Notes under the pieces: generated by a model
What the model saw: the letters and a program-made list of their open reading frames with translations, nothing else
Databases searched by the model: none
What the model was told of the DNA's origin: nothing
Position numbers and translations under genes: made by a program
From: an uncultured Acidobacteriota bacterium
GTDB taxonomy: Bacteria; Acidobacteriota; Thermoanaerobaculia; Multivoradales; JAHEKO01
NCBI GenBank assembly: GCA_963713825.1
Contig: CAVQNG010000025.1
Coordinates: 480,001 to 544,000, forward strand
Direction: 5' to 3'
DNA length: 64,000 bases
Shown: positions 46,853-59,932 of the stretch, one piece after another
Position numbering within the stretch: position 1 is the stretch's first letter
Layout of the letters: each line of letters starts with the position of its first letter

Positions 46853-48088
46853 ATGCCTAAGAAGGACAACAGCGAAGACACACTGCGGTGCTCGTTCTGT
46901 AACAAGAGCCAGCGCGAAGTGAAGAAACTGATCGCAGGGCCGACGGTCTTCATCTGCGACGAGTGTGTTGATATCTGCCTGGACATCATCGCCGAGGATC
47001 GACTTCTCGAACAGCAACAGGAAACCGCACTGCCGAAGCCGCGGGAGATCGATGACTTCCTCGATGAGTATGTGGTCGATCAGCACATAGCCAAGAAGAA
47101 GCTCTCCGTGGCCGTCTACAACCACTACAAGCGAATCGATTTCGTCGAGAAGGCGCGCAGTGAGGTCGAGCTTCAGAAGTCCAACATCTTGCTGATTGGG
47201 CCGACCGGGACCGGTAAGACCCTGCTGGCGCAGACACTCGCGAAGCTGCTGTCCGTGCCGTTCACCATTGCGGACGCCACCACGCTGACCGAGGCGGGCT
47301 ATGTCGGAGAGGATGTCGAGAACATCATTCTCAAGCTCTACCAGGCTTCGGGCAATGACAAGGAAAAGACGCAGCGCGGCATCGTCTATATCGATGAGAT
47401 CGACAAAATCGCCCGCAAGAGCGACAACCCATCGATCACCCGGGACGTCTCCGGTGAGGGCGTGCAACAGGCGCTGCTGAAGATTCTCGAGGGCACTTTG
47501 TGCAACGTGCCGCCCCAGGGGGGACGCAAACACCCGCACCAGGAGTTTCTGCAGATCGACACCACGAACATTCTGTTCATTTGTGGTGGTGCATTCGTCG
47601 GCCTGGAAGAGATGATCGAGCACCGACTGAATGAAAAGACCCTGGGCTTCGGTGCCGAGATCAAGAATCACAAAGAGCGCCGGTCGAGCGAGCTGTTGCA
47701 GCACGTCACGCCTGAGGATCTGATCAAGTACGGGTTGATTCCCGAGTTCGTAGGTCGGTTGCCGGTCATCGCGACCCTCGGAGACCTGGACGAGGACGCG
47801 TTGGTTCGAATCCTCAAGGAGCCCAAGAACAGCCTGGTGCGTCAGTACCAGACCATGTTCGAGCTGGAAGATGTGGGTCTCGAGTTTACCGATGGTGCGC
47901 TGAGGCAGGTCGCAGCCGAAGCGGCGAAGCGCAATGTCGGGGCCCGGGGTCTGAGGATCATCCTCGAGGAATTGATGCTCGATCTGATGTACAACATCCC
48001 CTCGCAGCGGGATGTCAAAGACTGCGTAATCGACGAGGAGACCGTGTTGAATCGGAAACAACCGGCTCCTCTCAAGAAAGCCGTTTAA
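46853..48088 (+). CDS. clpX: ClpX ATPase
   Basis: CSFCNK..ICDEC zinc finger, [19 protein letters not shown] loop. Confidence 0.97.
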   Translation: MPKKDNSEDTLRCSFCNKSQREVKKLIAGPTVFICDECVDICLDIIAEDRLLEQQQETALPKPREIDDFLDEYVVDQHIAKKKLSVAVYNHYKRIDFVEKARSEVELQKSNILLIGPTGTGKTLLAQTLAKLLSVPFTIADATTLTEAGYVGEDVENIILKLYQASGNDKEKTQRGIVYIDEIDKIARKSDNPSITRDVSGEGVQQALLKILEGTLCNVPPQGGRKHPHQEFLQIDTTNILFICGGAFVGLEEMIEHRLNEKTLGFGAEIKNHKERRSSELLQHVTPEDLIKYGLIPEFVGRLPVIATLGDLDEDALVRILKEPKNSLVRQYQTMFELEDVGLEFTDGALRQVAAEAAKRNVGARGLRIILEELMLDLMYNIPSQRDVKDCVIDEETVLNRKQPAPLKKAV

Positions 48089-48177
48089 GAAAGCCGTCGA
48101 GCCTGATAGGCTCTGGGTCGGCAAACCTCCGACTCGATCGGCTCCCCATAAATCGACGCAGACGGTAGTAGGCGAGC

Positions 48178-50604
<2,427 letters not shown>

Positions 50605-50747
50605 GCCGGTCCTCGAAATCGCTGCAGGCTCCACAGGTCTCGTGAGGGAGTCGCGTCGCAACCAGGAAGCCATTTCGACCGCCGACGAACGAGTTCGGTG
50701 GTCTTCCTCAGATTCAAGGGCGATGCAGAGAGGCAACGAGGGGGGGA

Positions 50748-51350
50748 GTGAGAAACCAGCAGGCTCTTTTCATCCGATCGGCTCCGACGCGAAAGGAATT
50801 TCTGGATGACGGTCGGGCAGAAGTGGCGTTCGTCGGCCGCTCCAACGTCGGCAAGTCGACCCTGCTGAATCGGCTTCTCGGCCGTAAGAACCTGGCCAGA
50901 ATCAGCTCGAGTCCAGGCAAGACGCGTGTCATCAACTACTTCTTGATCGAGTCGCGCTTCTACTTCGTCGATTTGCCGGGTTATGGCTATGCCAAGGTCG
51001 CCAGAAGCGAACGCCAGAGTTGGGCAAAACTGATGGAGCAGTATTTTCAGCAGGTGCAGCATCGAGTTCATGTCATTCAGCTGGTGGACGGCAAGGTAGG
51101 TGCCACCGAGCTGGATGTTCAAGCCAACGAATATCTGTCGAGCTTGGGTTGTGGGCGGACGGTGGTTGCCACCAAGATGGACCGCATTCGCGCCAACCAA
51201 CGAGCTCGTCAATTGGCGGGAATCCGCGACCAACTGACACTGCAAGATGAGTCACTGATCGCCTTCTCCGCCCAAACCGGTGAAGGCGTCAAAGAGCTCT
51301 GGAGGCAGATCAACCTTTTTCTCCAGCAGTTTGAGGGCGAGGCGAACTGA
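50748..51350 (+). CDS. engB: YihA/EngB ribosome biogenesis GTPase
   Basis: GRSNVGKSTL, PGKT, DLPGYGYA, TKMD. Confidence 0.94.
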   Translation: MRNQQALFIRSAPTRKEFLDDGRAEVAFVGRSNVGKSTLLNRLLGRKNLARISSSPGKTRVINYFLIESRFYFVDLPGYGYAKVARSERQSWAKLMEQYFQQVQHRVHVIQLVDGKVGATELDVQANEYLSSLGCGRTVVATKMDRIRANQRARQLAGIRDQLTLQDESLIAFSAQTGEGVKELWRQINLFLQQFEGEAN

Positions 51351-51362
51351 GTGAGGATGAAC

Positions 51363-52952
51363 ATGGCCAAGTCAAACGAAGATCCAGCAACCCCCGAGAA
51401 TCAGCCCGAAGAGCCCAAGGCGGTGGAGCAGGCTGCAGAGCCGCACGAAGAGCCCAAGGCAGTGGAGCAGGCTGCAGAGCCGCAATCGGCAGATCAGCCC
51501 GAGGAGCCGAAGGCTACCGAGCCGACAGAAGAGGTGAAGGCTGCAGAACCGTCTCAGGATTCAAAGACGGCGGAGCCATCGGAGAGCGGGCCGAAAGACG
51601 GTGGACGGGGCCCCAGGGACAAGTCGGCGAAACAGGGCAAGCACTCCGATCGGCAGAGATCGAGGAATCGGCCGAATCGGGACAAGCGCACGGAAAAGAA
51701 GGACACCTTGGACATCAGGATTCTCAAGGAGATGACCATTTCCGACATGGTCCAGGTGGCCAAGGACCTGGGTGTCGAAGGTGCATCGACGCTGCGCAAG
51801 CAGGAGCTCATCTTCAAGATCCTCCAGGTGCAGACCGAGAAGAGCGGTCTCATCTTCGCCGAGGGAGTGTTGGAATGCCTGCCGGATGGCTTCGGGTTCT
51901 TGCGGGCGCCGGAGTACAACTATCTGCCGGGCCCGGATGACATCTACGTCTCACCGAGCCAAATTCGAAGGTTCGATTTGCGCACCGGTGACACAGTTTC
52001 CGGCCAGGTGCGTCAGCCCAAGGAGGGCGAGCGCTACTTCGCCTTGATCAAAGTCGAGGCGGTCAACTTCGAGCACCCTGAGGTGGCACGGAACAAGATC
52101 TTCTTCGACAACTTGACGCCGTTGTACCCGCTGGAACGGATCCAGCTCGAAAACACGGGGGAAATGTCCTCCAGAGTCTTGGACCTGGTAACGCCCATGG
52201 GCAAGGGGCAGAGGGCTCTGATTGTGGCGCCTCCCCGAACCGGTAAGACAATGCTGCTGCAGGCGTTGGCTCACTCGGTGGCTCAGAACCACCCGGACGT
52301 CGTCCTTATCGTTCTGCTCATCGACGAGCGGCCGGAAGAGGTCACGGACATGGAGCGCTCCGTGCAGGGTGAGGTCGTTTCCTCCACCTTCGACGAACCG
52401 GCGACTCGCCACGTGCAGGTTGCGGAGATGGTCATCGAAAAGGCCAAGCGGCTCGTCGAGCACAAGAAGGACGTCGTGATTCTGCTGGACTCGATCACCC
52501 GACTCGCACGCGCCTACAACACGGTTCAACCGCCGTCGGGCAAAGTGCTCTCCGGTGGTATCGATGCCAACGCCCTGCATCGTCCGAAGCGCTTCTTCGG
52601 CGCCGCCAGAAACGTCGAAGAGGGTGGCTCGTTGACCATCATCGCCACCGCCCTGGTCGACACCGGTAGTCGCATGGACGACGTCATCTTCGAGGAGTTC
52701 AAGGGTACCGGCAACAGCGAGATCCACCTCGACCGCAAACTGGTGGACAAGCGCGTCTTCCCGGCCATCGATATCAACAAGTCGGGTACTCGCAAGGAAG
52801 AGCTGCTCCTGAGCGAGGACGAGCTGCGCCGTGTCTGGGTGCTGAGAAAGGTCTTGAATCCCCTTTCGACCGTGGAGAGTATGGAGCTCCTTCTCGACAA
52901 GCTGAAGAAGACCAAGACCAATCAGGACTTCCTCAACGCGATGTCGAAGTAA
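51363..52952 (+). CDS. rho: Transcription termination factor Rho with a long disordered N-terminal extension
   Basis: [41 protein letters not shown]. Confidence 0.97.
   Translation: MAKSNEDPATPENQPEEPKAVEQAAEPHEEPKAVEQAAEPQSADQPEEPKATEPTEEVKAAEPSQDSKTAEPSESGPKDGGRGPRDKSAKQGKHSDRQRSRNRPNRDKRTEKKDTLDIRILKEMTISDMVQVAKDLGVEGASTLRKQELIFKILQVQTEKSGLIFAEGVLECLPDGFGFLRAPEYNYLPGPDDIYVSPSQIRRFDLRTGDTVSGQVRQPKEGERYFALIKVEAVNFEHPEVARNKIFFDNLTPLYPLERIQLENTGEMSSRVLDLVTPMGKGQRALIVAPPRTGKTMLLQALAHSVAQNHPDVVLIVLLIDERPEEVTDMERSVQGEVVSSTFDEPATRHVQVAEMVIEKAKRLVEHKKDVVILLDSITRLARAYNTVQPPSGKVLSGGIDANALHRPKRFFGAARNVEEGGSLTIIATALVDTGSRMDDVIFEEFKGTGNSEIHLDRKLVDKRVFPAIDINKSGTRKEELLLSEDELRRVWVLRKVLNPLSTVESMELLLDKLKKTKTNQDFLNAMSK
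51407..51484 (+). repeat. 39-bp tandem duplication in the rho 5' extension
   Basis: Two copies of CGAAGAGCCCAAGGCRGTGGAGCAGGCTGCAGAGCCGCA encoding [12 protein letters not shown]. Confidence 0.85.
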
Positions 52953-52961
52953 ACCAAGGGC

Positions 52962-53783
52962 GTGCCTGTGCGCGTCGGCATCGTCGACTACCTCAACAGC
53001 AGGCCTCTGGCATGGGCCTTTCGCAAAGGCGCCGAGGCAGGTGCCTTCGTGCCCTTCCACCTGCCTCCTGCGGCAGTGGCTGCAAAGCTGGCAGATGGAA
53101 CTCTGGACATCGGACTGATCCCCTCGATCGAGGTGCAGCGTATCCCCGGTCTGCGCCTGCTGCCGGGTTTGTGCATTGCGGCGACGCACGAAGTGCGCAG
53201 CGTCCTCCTGGTCAGCAAGGTGTCGCCCCGCCACATCCGCCGTCTAGCTCTCGATGAGAACAGCAGGACTTCCGTGGCGCTGGCCAAGATCGTCCTGCAA
53301 CGGGCCTATGGCGTCAGCCCAGAGTGTGTCTCGCGACCACCCGAGATCGAAGCGATGATGGACGAGGCCGATGCAGCATTGGTCATCGGCGATCCGGCCC
53401 TGCAGGTGTCGGCGGCGAGCTACTGCATCCTCGACCTGGCAGCCGAATGGCGGCGGCTCACCGGTCTGCCCTTCGTTTTTGCTGTTTGGGCGGTGCGATC
53501 CAATGTAGAGGTGGACGGCCTCACATCCGTCTTTACCCGCAGCCTCGAGCAGGGGATGAAGAATCTGGACAGTCTGATCTCGGAGGCGGCAGAGGACATT
53601 GGGTTGAGCTCGGATGAGCTGAGAGAGTATCTGACGGTCAATCTGTCGTTCGAGCTGGGTCACGACGAGTTGGCCGGTCTGAGAGAGTTCTACGCTCTGG
53701 CCGCCGAAATGAATCTCATTCCCGAAGCGCGGCCGATACAGTTCCTCGACGCTTGCCCATCCCAGACCGATTCCGTAGAGTAG
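52962..53783 (+). CDS. mqnA: Chorismate dehydratase MqnA (futalosine pathway)
   Basis: YLNSRPL, VRSVLL, SRTSV, LVIGDPAL, DLAAEW..TGLPFVFAVW. Confidence 0.9.
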   Translation: MPVRVGIVDYLNSRPLAWAFRKGAEAGAFVPFHLPPAAVAAKLADGTLDIGLIPSIEVQRIPGLRLLPGLCIAATHEVRSVLLVSKVSPRHIRRLALDENSRTSVALAKIVLQRAYGVSPECVSRPPEIEAMMDEADAALVIGDPALQVSAASYCILDLAAEWRRLTGLPFVFAVWAVRSNVEVDGLTSVFTRSLEQGMKNLDSLISEAAEDIGLSSDELREYLTVNLSFELGHDELAGLREFYALAAEMNLIPEARPIQFLDACPSQTDSVE

Positions 53784-53791
53784 CGCTCACT

Positions 53792-54973
53792 ATGCACTTG
53801 GAGCCATCTGGCCGCCCTGTGGCGGAGATCCTGGGTGATGTGCAGCTGGGCGAGAGGATCTCTGCTGGAGATGCTCACACCCTGCTCGTGGACGGAGATC
53901 TTCTGGAATTGGGATTGGCCGCTCATGCTGTGCGAGCTCGGTGCAACGAGCCGGCGGTAGCAACCTACAACATCGATCGCAACATCAACTACACGAACGT
54001 CTGCGTGTACAAGTGCCGATTCTGTGCCTTCTACCGAGAGCCGGGTGACCCCCAGGGATATGTGCTGCCCTTCGATGAGATCGGCCGCAAGATCGAGGAG
54101 ACCTTGGCGCTCAACGGTACCGGAATCCTCCTCCAGGGCGGAGTGCATCCTGATCTACCCCTGAGCTTCTATGAAGATCTGTTGAGCTACATTCGAGAGA
54201 ACTATACGGCCATCCACTTGCACGCCTTCTCGCCACCCGAAGTCAGATTCATAGCCAAGAAGGAGCGTCTGAGCTTCTTCGAGGTCATCGCCCGACTCAA
54301 GAAGGCCGGTCTGATGTCGATACCCGGCGGGGGTGCGGAGCTCCTCTCGGACGCGGTGCGGAAGGAGGTCCTCGCCTACACGAAGGTCTCTGCAGACGAG
54401 TGGATCGAGGTCATGCGGCAGGCGCATGCAAACGATCTGCGCACTTCGGCAACCATGATGTACGGCATGGGCGAGCCGTTGGAGGCCCGGATCGAGCACT
54501 TGCAGCGGGTCCGGGACCTGCAGGACGAGACGGGTGGCTTCACGGCCTTCATCTCCTGGACCTTCCAGCACGAGCACACCGACATGCAAGACGTGCCGGA
54601 GACCTTCGCTCATGAGTACCTCAAGACGCTGGCGGTGTCGCGGCTGTTTCTCGACAACATCCAGCACCTCCAGTCCAGTTGGGTGACGCAGGGCAAGAAG
54701 ATCGGACAGTTGGGCCTGATGTTCGGTGCCGATGACATGGGCTCGATCATGATCGAGGAGAATGTCGTGTCGGCGGCCGGTACCTCCTACCGAATGAGTC
54801 AGGACGAAATGGAGCACTTGATTGCCTCGGCCGGATTCTCGCCGCGCCAGCGCACCAACCTCTACGAGCGTTTGGTCACCCGCGAGGAAACGGTCGAGTT
54901 GGCTCAGCGCTACCGTCACGCACTGACACCTCAGAACCGGGACCTGGCGTCTCCACTTCCCATCGTCGGTTGA
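53792..54973 (+). CDS. mqnC: Cyclic dehypoxanthinyl futalosine synthase MqnC (radical SAM)
   Basis: IDRNINYTNVCVYKCRFCAFYR, LQGGVHP, QSSWVTQG, MIEENVV. Confidence 0.9.
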   Translation: MHLEPSGRPVAEILGDVQLGERISAGDAHTLLVDGDLLELGLAAHAVRARCNEPAVATYNIDRNINYTNVCVYKCRFCAFYREPGDPQGYVLPFDEIGRKIEETLALNGTGILLQGGVHPDLPLSFYEDLLSYIRENYTAIHLHAFSPPEVRFIAKKERLSFFEVIARLKKAGLMSIPGGGAELLSDAVRKEVLAYTKVSADEWIEVMRQAHANDLRTSATMMYGMGEPLEARIEHLQRVRDLQDETGGFTAFISWTFQHEHTDMQDVPETFAHEYLKTLAVSRLFLDNIQHLQSSWVTQGKKIGQLGLMFGADDMGSIMIEENVVSAAGTSYRMSQDEMEHLIASAGFSPRQRTNLYERLVTREETVELAQRYRHALTPQNRDLASPLPIVG

Positions 54974-55009
54974 TGGCCGACAGCGCGCCGGGCGTGCCGG
55001 GTAGTCGAT

Positions 55010-55471
55010 ATGCGTCCGAACAGCCGACCCGCTGATTCCGCAGGGCACAAGTTCGAAGGGCTATTGGCCGCCCTGCTGTCAGGGGCGTCGCTGCTGATCC
55101 TGATGGGATTCCTCTGGCCGGGATTGTTCAGCTGGGTGCTGCAGGCCCTGCTGGTCACGGCCATGCCGGTCCTCTTGATCCTGCTCTCGCGCTCGCGCTC
55201 GCTCTCCCGCACGCTTCTGATTGCCATGGCAGCTCTCTGGTCGCTGCTCGGTGGCAGCTGGGTGGTATTGATCTGGCTCGATGGAGGAGGAGTCCTCCGT
55301 TTCGGCGGGATTCCGCTGGCCCTCTGGATTCTGGTCTGTGGCCTGGTTCTCTTGCCACTCGCTTTGGTGTCCTGGGCCTATGCCGCCACATTCAGACCGC
55401 CTGCTCGGCCCTCCGACGGGGCTCGCCGTGAGGCCCTGTCGGCGAGATCCTCCGAGCGTGGGAGCTCGTGA
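55010..55471 (+). CDS. Hypothetical membrane protein translationally coupled to the symporter
   Basis: About 4 TM; stop codon overlaps the symporter start. Confidence 0.65.
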   Translation: MRPNSRPADSAGHKFEGLLAALLSGASLLILMGFLWPGLFSWVLQALLVTAMPVLLILLSRSRSLSRTLLIAMAALWSLLGGSWVVLIWLDGGGVLRFGGIPLALWILVCGLVLLPLALVSWAYAATFRPPARPSDGARREALSARSSERGSS

Positions 55472-56994
55472 TGGTGCCGCTCCTGGAGCAGCCCTGGCTG
55501 ACGGCGGCTACCGTGCTGTCGCTCGCCACCGTTCTGGTGATCGGAATATGGAGCGGCGCGCGCACCCGGACTGCGAGAGACTTCTTCGTTGCGGGTCGCC
55601 GAGTGGGGCTTTGGGTGATCGCCCTGGCGACAATGACTTCGGCTTTCAGTGGATTCGTCTTTCTTGGCGGGCCAGGCTTGACGTACAGCATCGGAGTCGC
55701 CTCTCTCTTCATTGTCGTGCCGGTGGGCTTCACGTCCGGTCTCCTCTGCTGGGTGCTGGCGAGGCGACTCGTCTTGCTCGCGGATCTGGACGAGGTCTTT
55801 ACGATCCCCGACGCTCTGAGCTTGCGCTTCAGGAGCAAGACGACGACTGCTCTCGGAAGCGTCGCCATCCTGGTCGGCACTGTTGGCTATCTCGCCGCCC
55901 AGCTGCTGGCTCTCGGAATTCTCATTGAGACAATTCTCGGGACTCGCCATTTCTTCGGTGAGCGGAGCCTCCTGGTAGCCATGTCCATCGGCCTCGGCAT
56001 CCTGGTCTTCTACAGCGTCCTTGGCGGCATGTTGGCCGGGGTCTATACCGACCTGGTGCAGGGTGCGGTGATGCTGGTCGGTTCCCTTCTGGTCTTCGGC
56101 CAGACCCTGAAAGCGGGTGGCGGCATCAGCGGGATGGCGAGCTCGATTCTGGCCAGCAAAGGGATGGAGGGTTTCTTCGAGCCCTTTGCCCGTGTCCCCT
56201 TTTCGGTCGCGCTCGGGTTCTTTTTCGTCTTCGGCGTCGGTGTGCTGGGTCAACCGCAGATGGTCCACAAGTTCCTCATGCTGGAGAGGGTCGAGCAGCT
56301 TCGGTGGATGCCGCTCGTTCTGGGCGGATCCCAGGTTGTCTGCCTCCTCATCTGGGTCGGCATCGGGCTCGTCGTGCCGGCCCTGGTGGCCGACGGTCGG
56401 CTAGCGCCCCTTGGCAACCCCGATGCTGCCACGCTCCAGTTCCTCTTGGAGTTTGTTCCGGATGCACTCGCGGGCGTGGTGATTGCCGCAGCGCTGGCGG
56501 CGATCATGTCGACGGCCGACTCGTTTCTGAACATCGGAGCGGCCGTGCTGGTTCGAGATCTACCGCGTCTTCTGGGTCGGCCAGTGCGCGCCCAACTGGC
56601 AGCGGGCCGGGTGGCGACGTTGATCCTGGCCCTGGTCGCGGGTGGGCTCGCCCTGACGTACGGTGATCTGATTGCATTGTTGGGGACCTTTGCCTTCGGC
56701 ACCTTGGCGGCTGCTCTGGCTCCGACACTGGCCGTCGGGATGAGCTGGTCCCGGGTCACTCCAGCAGCGGCGTCAGCCTCGATCGCGACGGGGCTGATCG
56801 TCAACCTCGGGCTGGAGATTCTGAGCCGGGTCCAGACGCTACCCGCCGGGGTGGCAGAGGCTCTCAGCGGATTCGCCATCCCATCTGCCGTGGCTCTTGC
56901 GGCTTCTTTCAGCGTTCTGAGCCTGGTGACCTGGCTGGGCGGGGCCTCAGAGACGGATGTTCCTGAAGCGGTCCTCGAGATCGTCGAGTCCTGA
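55468..56994 (+). CDS. Sodium:solute symporter (PutP/PanF-like)
   Basis: DFFVAGR, SGFVFLGGPG, YTDLVQG, AAIMSTADS. Confidence 0.92.
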   Translation: MMVPLLEQPWLTAATVLSLATVLVIGIWSGARTRTARDFFVAGRRVGLWVIALATMTSAFSGFVFLGGPGLTYSIGVASLFIVVPVGFTSGLLCWVLARRLVLLADLDEVFTIPDALSLRFRSKTTTALGSVAILVGTVGYLAAQLLALGILIETILGTRHFFGERSLLVAMSIGLGILVFYSVLGGMLAGVYTDLVQGAVMLVGSLLVFGQTLKAGGGISGMASSILASKGMEGFFEPFARVPFSVALGFFFVFGVGVLGQPQMVHKFLMLERVEQLRWMPLVLGGSQVVCLLIWVGIGLVVPALVADGRLAPLGNPDAATLQFLLEFVPDALAGVVIAAALAAIMSTADSFLNIGAAVLVRDLPRLLGRPVRAQLAAGRVATLILALVAGGLALTYGDLIALLGTFAFGTLAAALAPTLAVGMSWSRVTPAAASASIATGLIVNLGLEILSRVQTLPAGVAEALSGFAIPSAVALAASFSVLSLVTWLGGASETDVPEAVLEIVES

Positions 56995-57081
56995 TCGTGG
57001 CCGCTGTGGACGACAGGTTCCCTGTTCTGTAGAGTTCTGTTCTGTAGAGTTCCATGTGAACAGAGATTCAGATTCGCTTCG

Positions 57082-57963
57082 ATGATGATTCGCTTTCTCG
57101 TCAATCCATCGTCTGGCGGTGGCAAGGGCGCCAAGTCACTGCCGCAGATCCGTGAGCTGGCGGCTGCTGCCGGCAGCGAAGTCTGGCTGAGCAGGGATGC
57201 GGCAGACCTGACGCGCCTGGCGAAAAGAGCAGTCGATGAGGGTGTCGAGCGACTCGTTGTCGCCGGTGGGGACGGAACCTTCCATCAAGTCGAGCAGGGC
57301 TTGGCCGGTACGGAGTGCGCGATGGGACTCGTCCCGCTTGGCCGCGGCAACGATCTTGCTCGGACTCTCCAGGTACCCGAGGTCGTGGAAGAGGCTGTTC
57401 AGTTCGCTCTGCAGGAGTCGATCGCCAGTATCGACCTGGGTCGCGTCGGTTCCTATTGCTTTGCTGGGTACTGTGGAGTTGGCTTCGACAGCGAGGTTGC
57501 CGGATACGTTCATGCTGGCAGTGGACTCGTCAAGGGTCCTCTAGCTTATCCAGTTGGTGTCCTGCGCAATGTCTTGTTCTACCGCAGTCCGACAGTCCGC
57601 GTCGAACACGACGGCGGCGTCATCGAGGGCCCCAGGCTCTTCGTTTCGATCGTCAACTGCCGACGCTTTGGTGGGGGCATGATCATCGCCCCGGATGCCA
57701 GCCTGACCGACGGCCTGCTGGATCTCGTGGCCGTGGATGATATTTCACGGTTGGAGCTACTGCAGCTCTTTCCCAAGGTCTACAAGGGAGCCCATGTGGG
57801 ACACCGAGCCGTCGAGATCGTCCGCACCAGGAAAGTGCGTATTGCAGTCGATCGGCCGATGAATATGTTCAGCGACGGTGAACCCATGCTGGAAGTCGAC
57901 CAGCATGGGGTCACCGTCGAGATCTGGCCCGCTGCCCTGCGCGTTGTCGGGCGTCCGTGCTAG
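57082..57963 (+). CDS. Diacylglycerol kinase family lipid kinase (YegS-like)
   Basis: NPSSG, GGDGT, PLGRGNDLAR, GVGFDS, FGGGM, DGE. Confidence 0.92.
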   Translation: MMIRFLVNPSSGGGKGAKSLPQIRELAAAAGSEVWLSRDAADLTRLAKRAVDEGVERLVVAGGDGTFHQVEQGLAGTECAMGLVPLGRGNDLARTLQVPEVVEEAVQFALQESIASIDLGRVGSYCFAGYCGVGFDSEVAGYVHAGSGLVKGPLAYPVGVLRNVLFYRSPTVRVEHDGGVIEGPRLFVSIVNCRRFGGGMIIAPDASLTDGLLDLVAVDDISRLELLQLFPKVYKGAHVGHRAVEIVRTRKVRIAVDRPMNMFSDGEPMLEVDQHGVTVEIWPAALRVVGRPC

Positions 57964-57975
57964 CTAGCCGGGAAC

Positions 57976-59520
57976 CTACCCGACGTCGAACTCTACGCCC
58001 TGAGCCAGCGGCAGCTGCCGACCGTAGTTGATCGTGCAGGTCTGGCGTCGCATGTAGGCCTTCCAGGAATCGGATCCGGCTTCGCGTCCGCCGCCGGTCT
58101 CCTTCTCCCCACCGAAAGCGCCGCCGATCTCCGCGCCCGAGGTGCCGATGTTGACGTTGGCGATACCGCAATCACTGCCGGCCGGCGACAGGAACTGCTC
58201 GGCCGAGAGCAAGTTGGTGGTGAAGACGGCGGATGAGAGTCCCTGCGGAACGCTGTTGTGGGTGGCGATGGCTTCGTCCAGATTGTCGAACTCGAAGAGG
58301 TAGAGGATCGGCGCAAAGGTCTCTTCGCAGGTGATCGGCATGTCGCCCGATGCTTCGACGAGGGTCGGCTCGACGAAGAACCCGGGTCCTTCCAGAACAC
58401 CGCCGCCGTAGAGAACCTTGGCGCCTTGCTGCTGCGCGGTCTCGAGAGCAGCAACCATGTCATCGACAGCCTTCTTGTCGACCAGGGGGCCCATCAGGGT
58501 TGCTGGGTCCATCGGATCGCCGATCGTGATCGACTTGTAGGCCTGTACCAGGCGCTGTTTCATCTCAGTGGCGATTCCCTTCTGCAGGAAAAGCCGCCGA
58601 TTGGTGGTGCAGCGCTGGCCCGCGGTACCGACCGCCGCGAAGAGCACGGCCCGCAGCGCCATGTCCAAGTCTGCATCGTCCGTCACGATGATCCCGTTGT
58701 TGCCCCCCAATTCCAGCAGGCTGCGACCCAGGCGTTGGGCCACGACCTGACCCACGCCTCGACCCATGGAAACAGAGCCGGTAGCGGAAATCAAAGGTAC
58801 TCGGGAGTCGGCGACCAGGTGTTGACCAACCTCCTTGCGGTCGCCGATCACCAGATTGAAGATCGGCGGGGCGTCATTTGCCTCCAGGACCTCTTGCGCG
58901 ATCTTGCTGATCGCCAGCCCACACAGAGGCGTTTTCGAGGAGGGCTTCCAGATCATGGAGTCTCCGCAGACCGCTGCCACAGTCGCGTTCCACGCCCAGA
59001 CGGCAACCGGGAAATTGAAAGCCGTGACGATTCCGACCGGACCGAGGGGATGCCACTGCTCGTACATCCGATGCTCGTCGCGCTCGGAGTGCATCGACAG
59101 GCCATAGAGCTGACGCGACATGCCCACCGCCAGATCGACCATGTCGATCATCTCCTGAACCTCTCCGAGCCCTTCACTGAGGATCTTTCCCATCTCCAGA
59201 GTGACGAGGCGTCCTAGGGCATCCTTCTTCTGGCGCAAAGCGTCGCCGAGCTGGCGAACCACCTCTCCCCGCTTGGGGGCGGGCCAGGTTCGCCACTCGG
59301 CAAACGCCTCGGCGGTGGCGGCGGCAACCGTCTCATAGTCGTCGGCGGTGGCCGCTCGGACGGTCGCCAGGACCTCGCCGGTGGTCGGATTGATGGACTC
59401 CACCTTCGTGCCCTGGGTGTCCAACCACCGACCACAAAAGGCTCCCGAGTTGTCGTCGTCGATACCCAGGCTGGTCAGGAGCTCTGAGACGGAAGAATCG
59501 GTCGCTGTTGTCATGGTCAT
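57976..59520 (-). CDS. Aldehyde dehydrogenase (ALDH7 / piperideine-6-carboxylate dehydrogenase-like)
   Basis: AFNFPVAVWAWN, LELGGNN, GTAGQRCTT, EETFAPIL, GGEKETGGGRE. Confidence 0.93.
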   Translation of the reverse strand: MTMTTATDSSVSELLTSLGIDDDNSGAFCGRWLDTQGTKVESINPTTGEVLATVRAATADDYETVAAATAEAFAEWRTWPAPKRGEVVRQLGDALRQKKDALGRLVTLEMGKILSEGLGEVQEMIDMVDLAVGMSRQLYGLSMHSERDEHRMYEQWHPLGPVGIVTAFNFPVAVWAWNATVAAVCGDSMIWKPSSKTPLCGLAISKIAQEVLEANDAPPIFNLVIGDRKEVGQHLVADSRVPLISATGSVSMGRGVGQVVAQRLGRSLLELGGNNGIIVTDDADLDMALRAVLFAAVGTAGQRCTTNRRLFLQKGIATEMKQRLVQAYKSITIGDPMDPATLMGPLVDKKAVDDMVAALETAQQQGAKVLYGGGVLEGPGFFVEPTLVEASGDMPITCEETFAPILYLFEFDNLDEAIATHNSVPQGLSSAVFTTNLLSAEQFLSPAGSDCGIANVNIGTSGAEIGGAFGGEKETGGGREAGSDSWKAYMRRQTCTINYGRQLPLAQGVEFDVG

Positions 59521-59543
59521 TCTCCTGGGCTCGAGGGCATGAA

Positions 59544-59746
59544 TTCTCCACAGGAGCTGTGGATATTTCTGCGGAAAAGAACCCCTGCCCGAGCCTTAGG
59601 TTGTGTAGGTACAACACTTTGAACCGTTTTGCACAGTTCCTTGTGCAATTTGGATAAACCCTTTGTTATCTGATGTTTACGAATCATGGCGAATTGTTCG
59701 CGAGGCGCTGGGTGAGCCGTATCTCATTGATTTTCCGCAGCTTACG
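59544..59746. promoter_or_regulatory. DnaA-box cluster with IHF-like sites (module 2)
   Basis: TTCTCCACA 59544, TGTGGATAT 59558, TGCGGAAAA 59570, TTTTGCACA 59627; TATCTCATTGATT near 59720. Confidence 0.6.
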
Positions 59747-59932
59747 AGCTTTGCCCTGTTTTCGCTGCAGCCTCAACGTCAGAAGTCGGAGTTTCTCGGC
59801 CGGGGCCAAACCAAAGATCGAACCTTGTACTTCGAGCTTTGACCGGAACGGTCGGGCGACGATGGAGCGGCAGCTACGCAGGTCCTCCAATACCCCTCGG
59901 CAGGAGAATGTAGCACCCGTCTGTCGCGGGGG

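Noticed and set aside
57022-57051. 15-bp tandem duplication CTGTTCTGTAGAGTT x2
   Set aside because: Only two copies in a short intergenic gap; most simply a slippage event.
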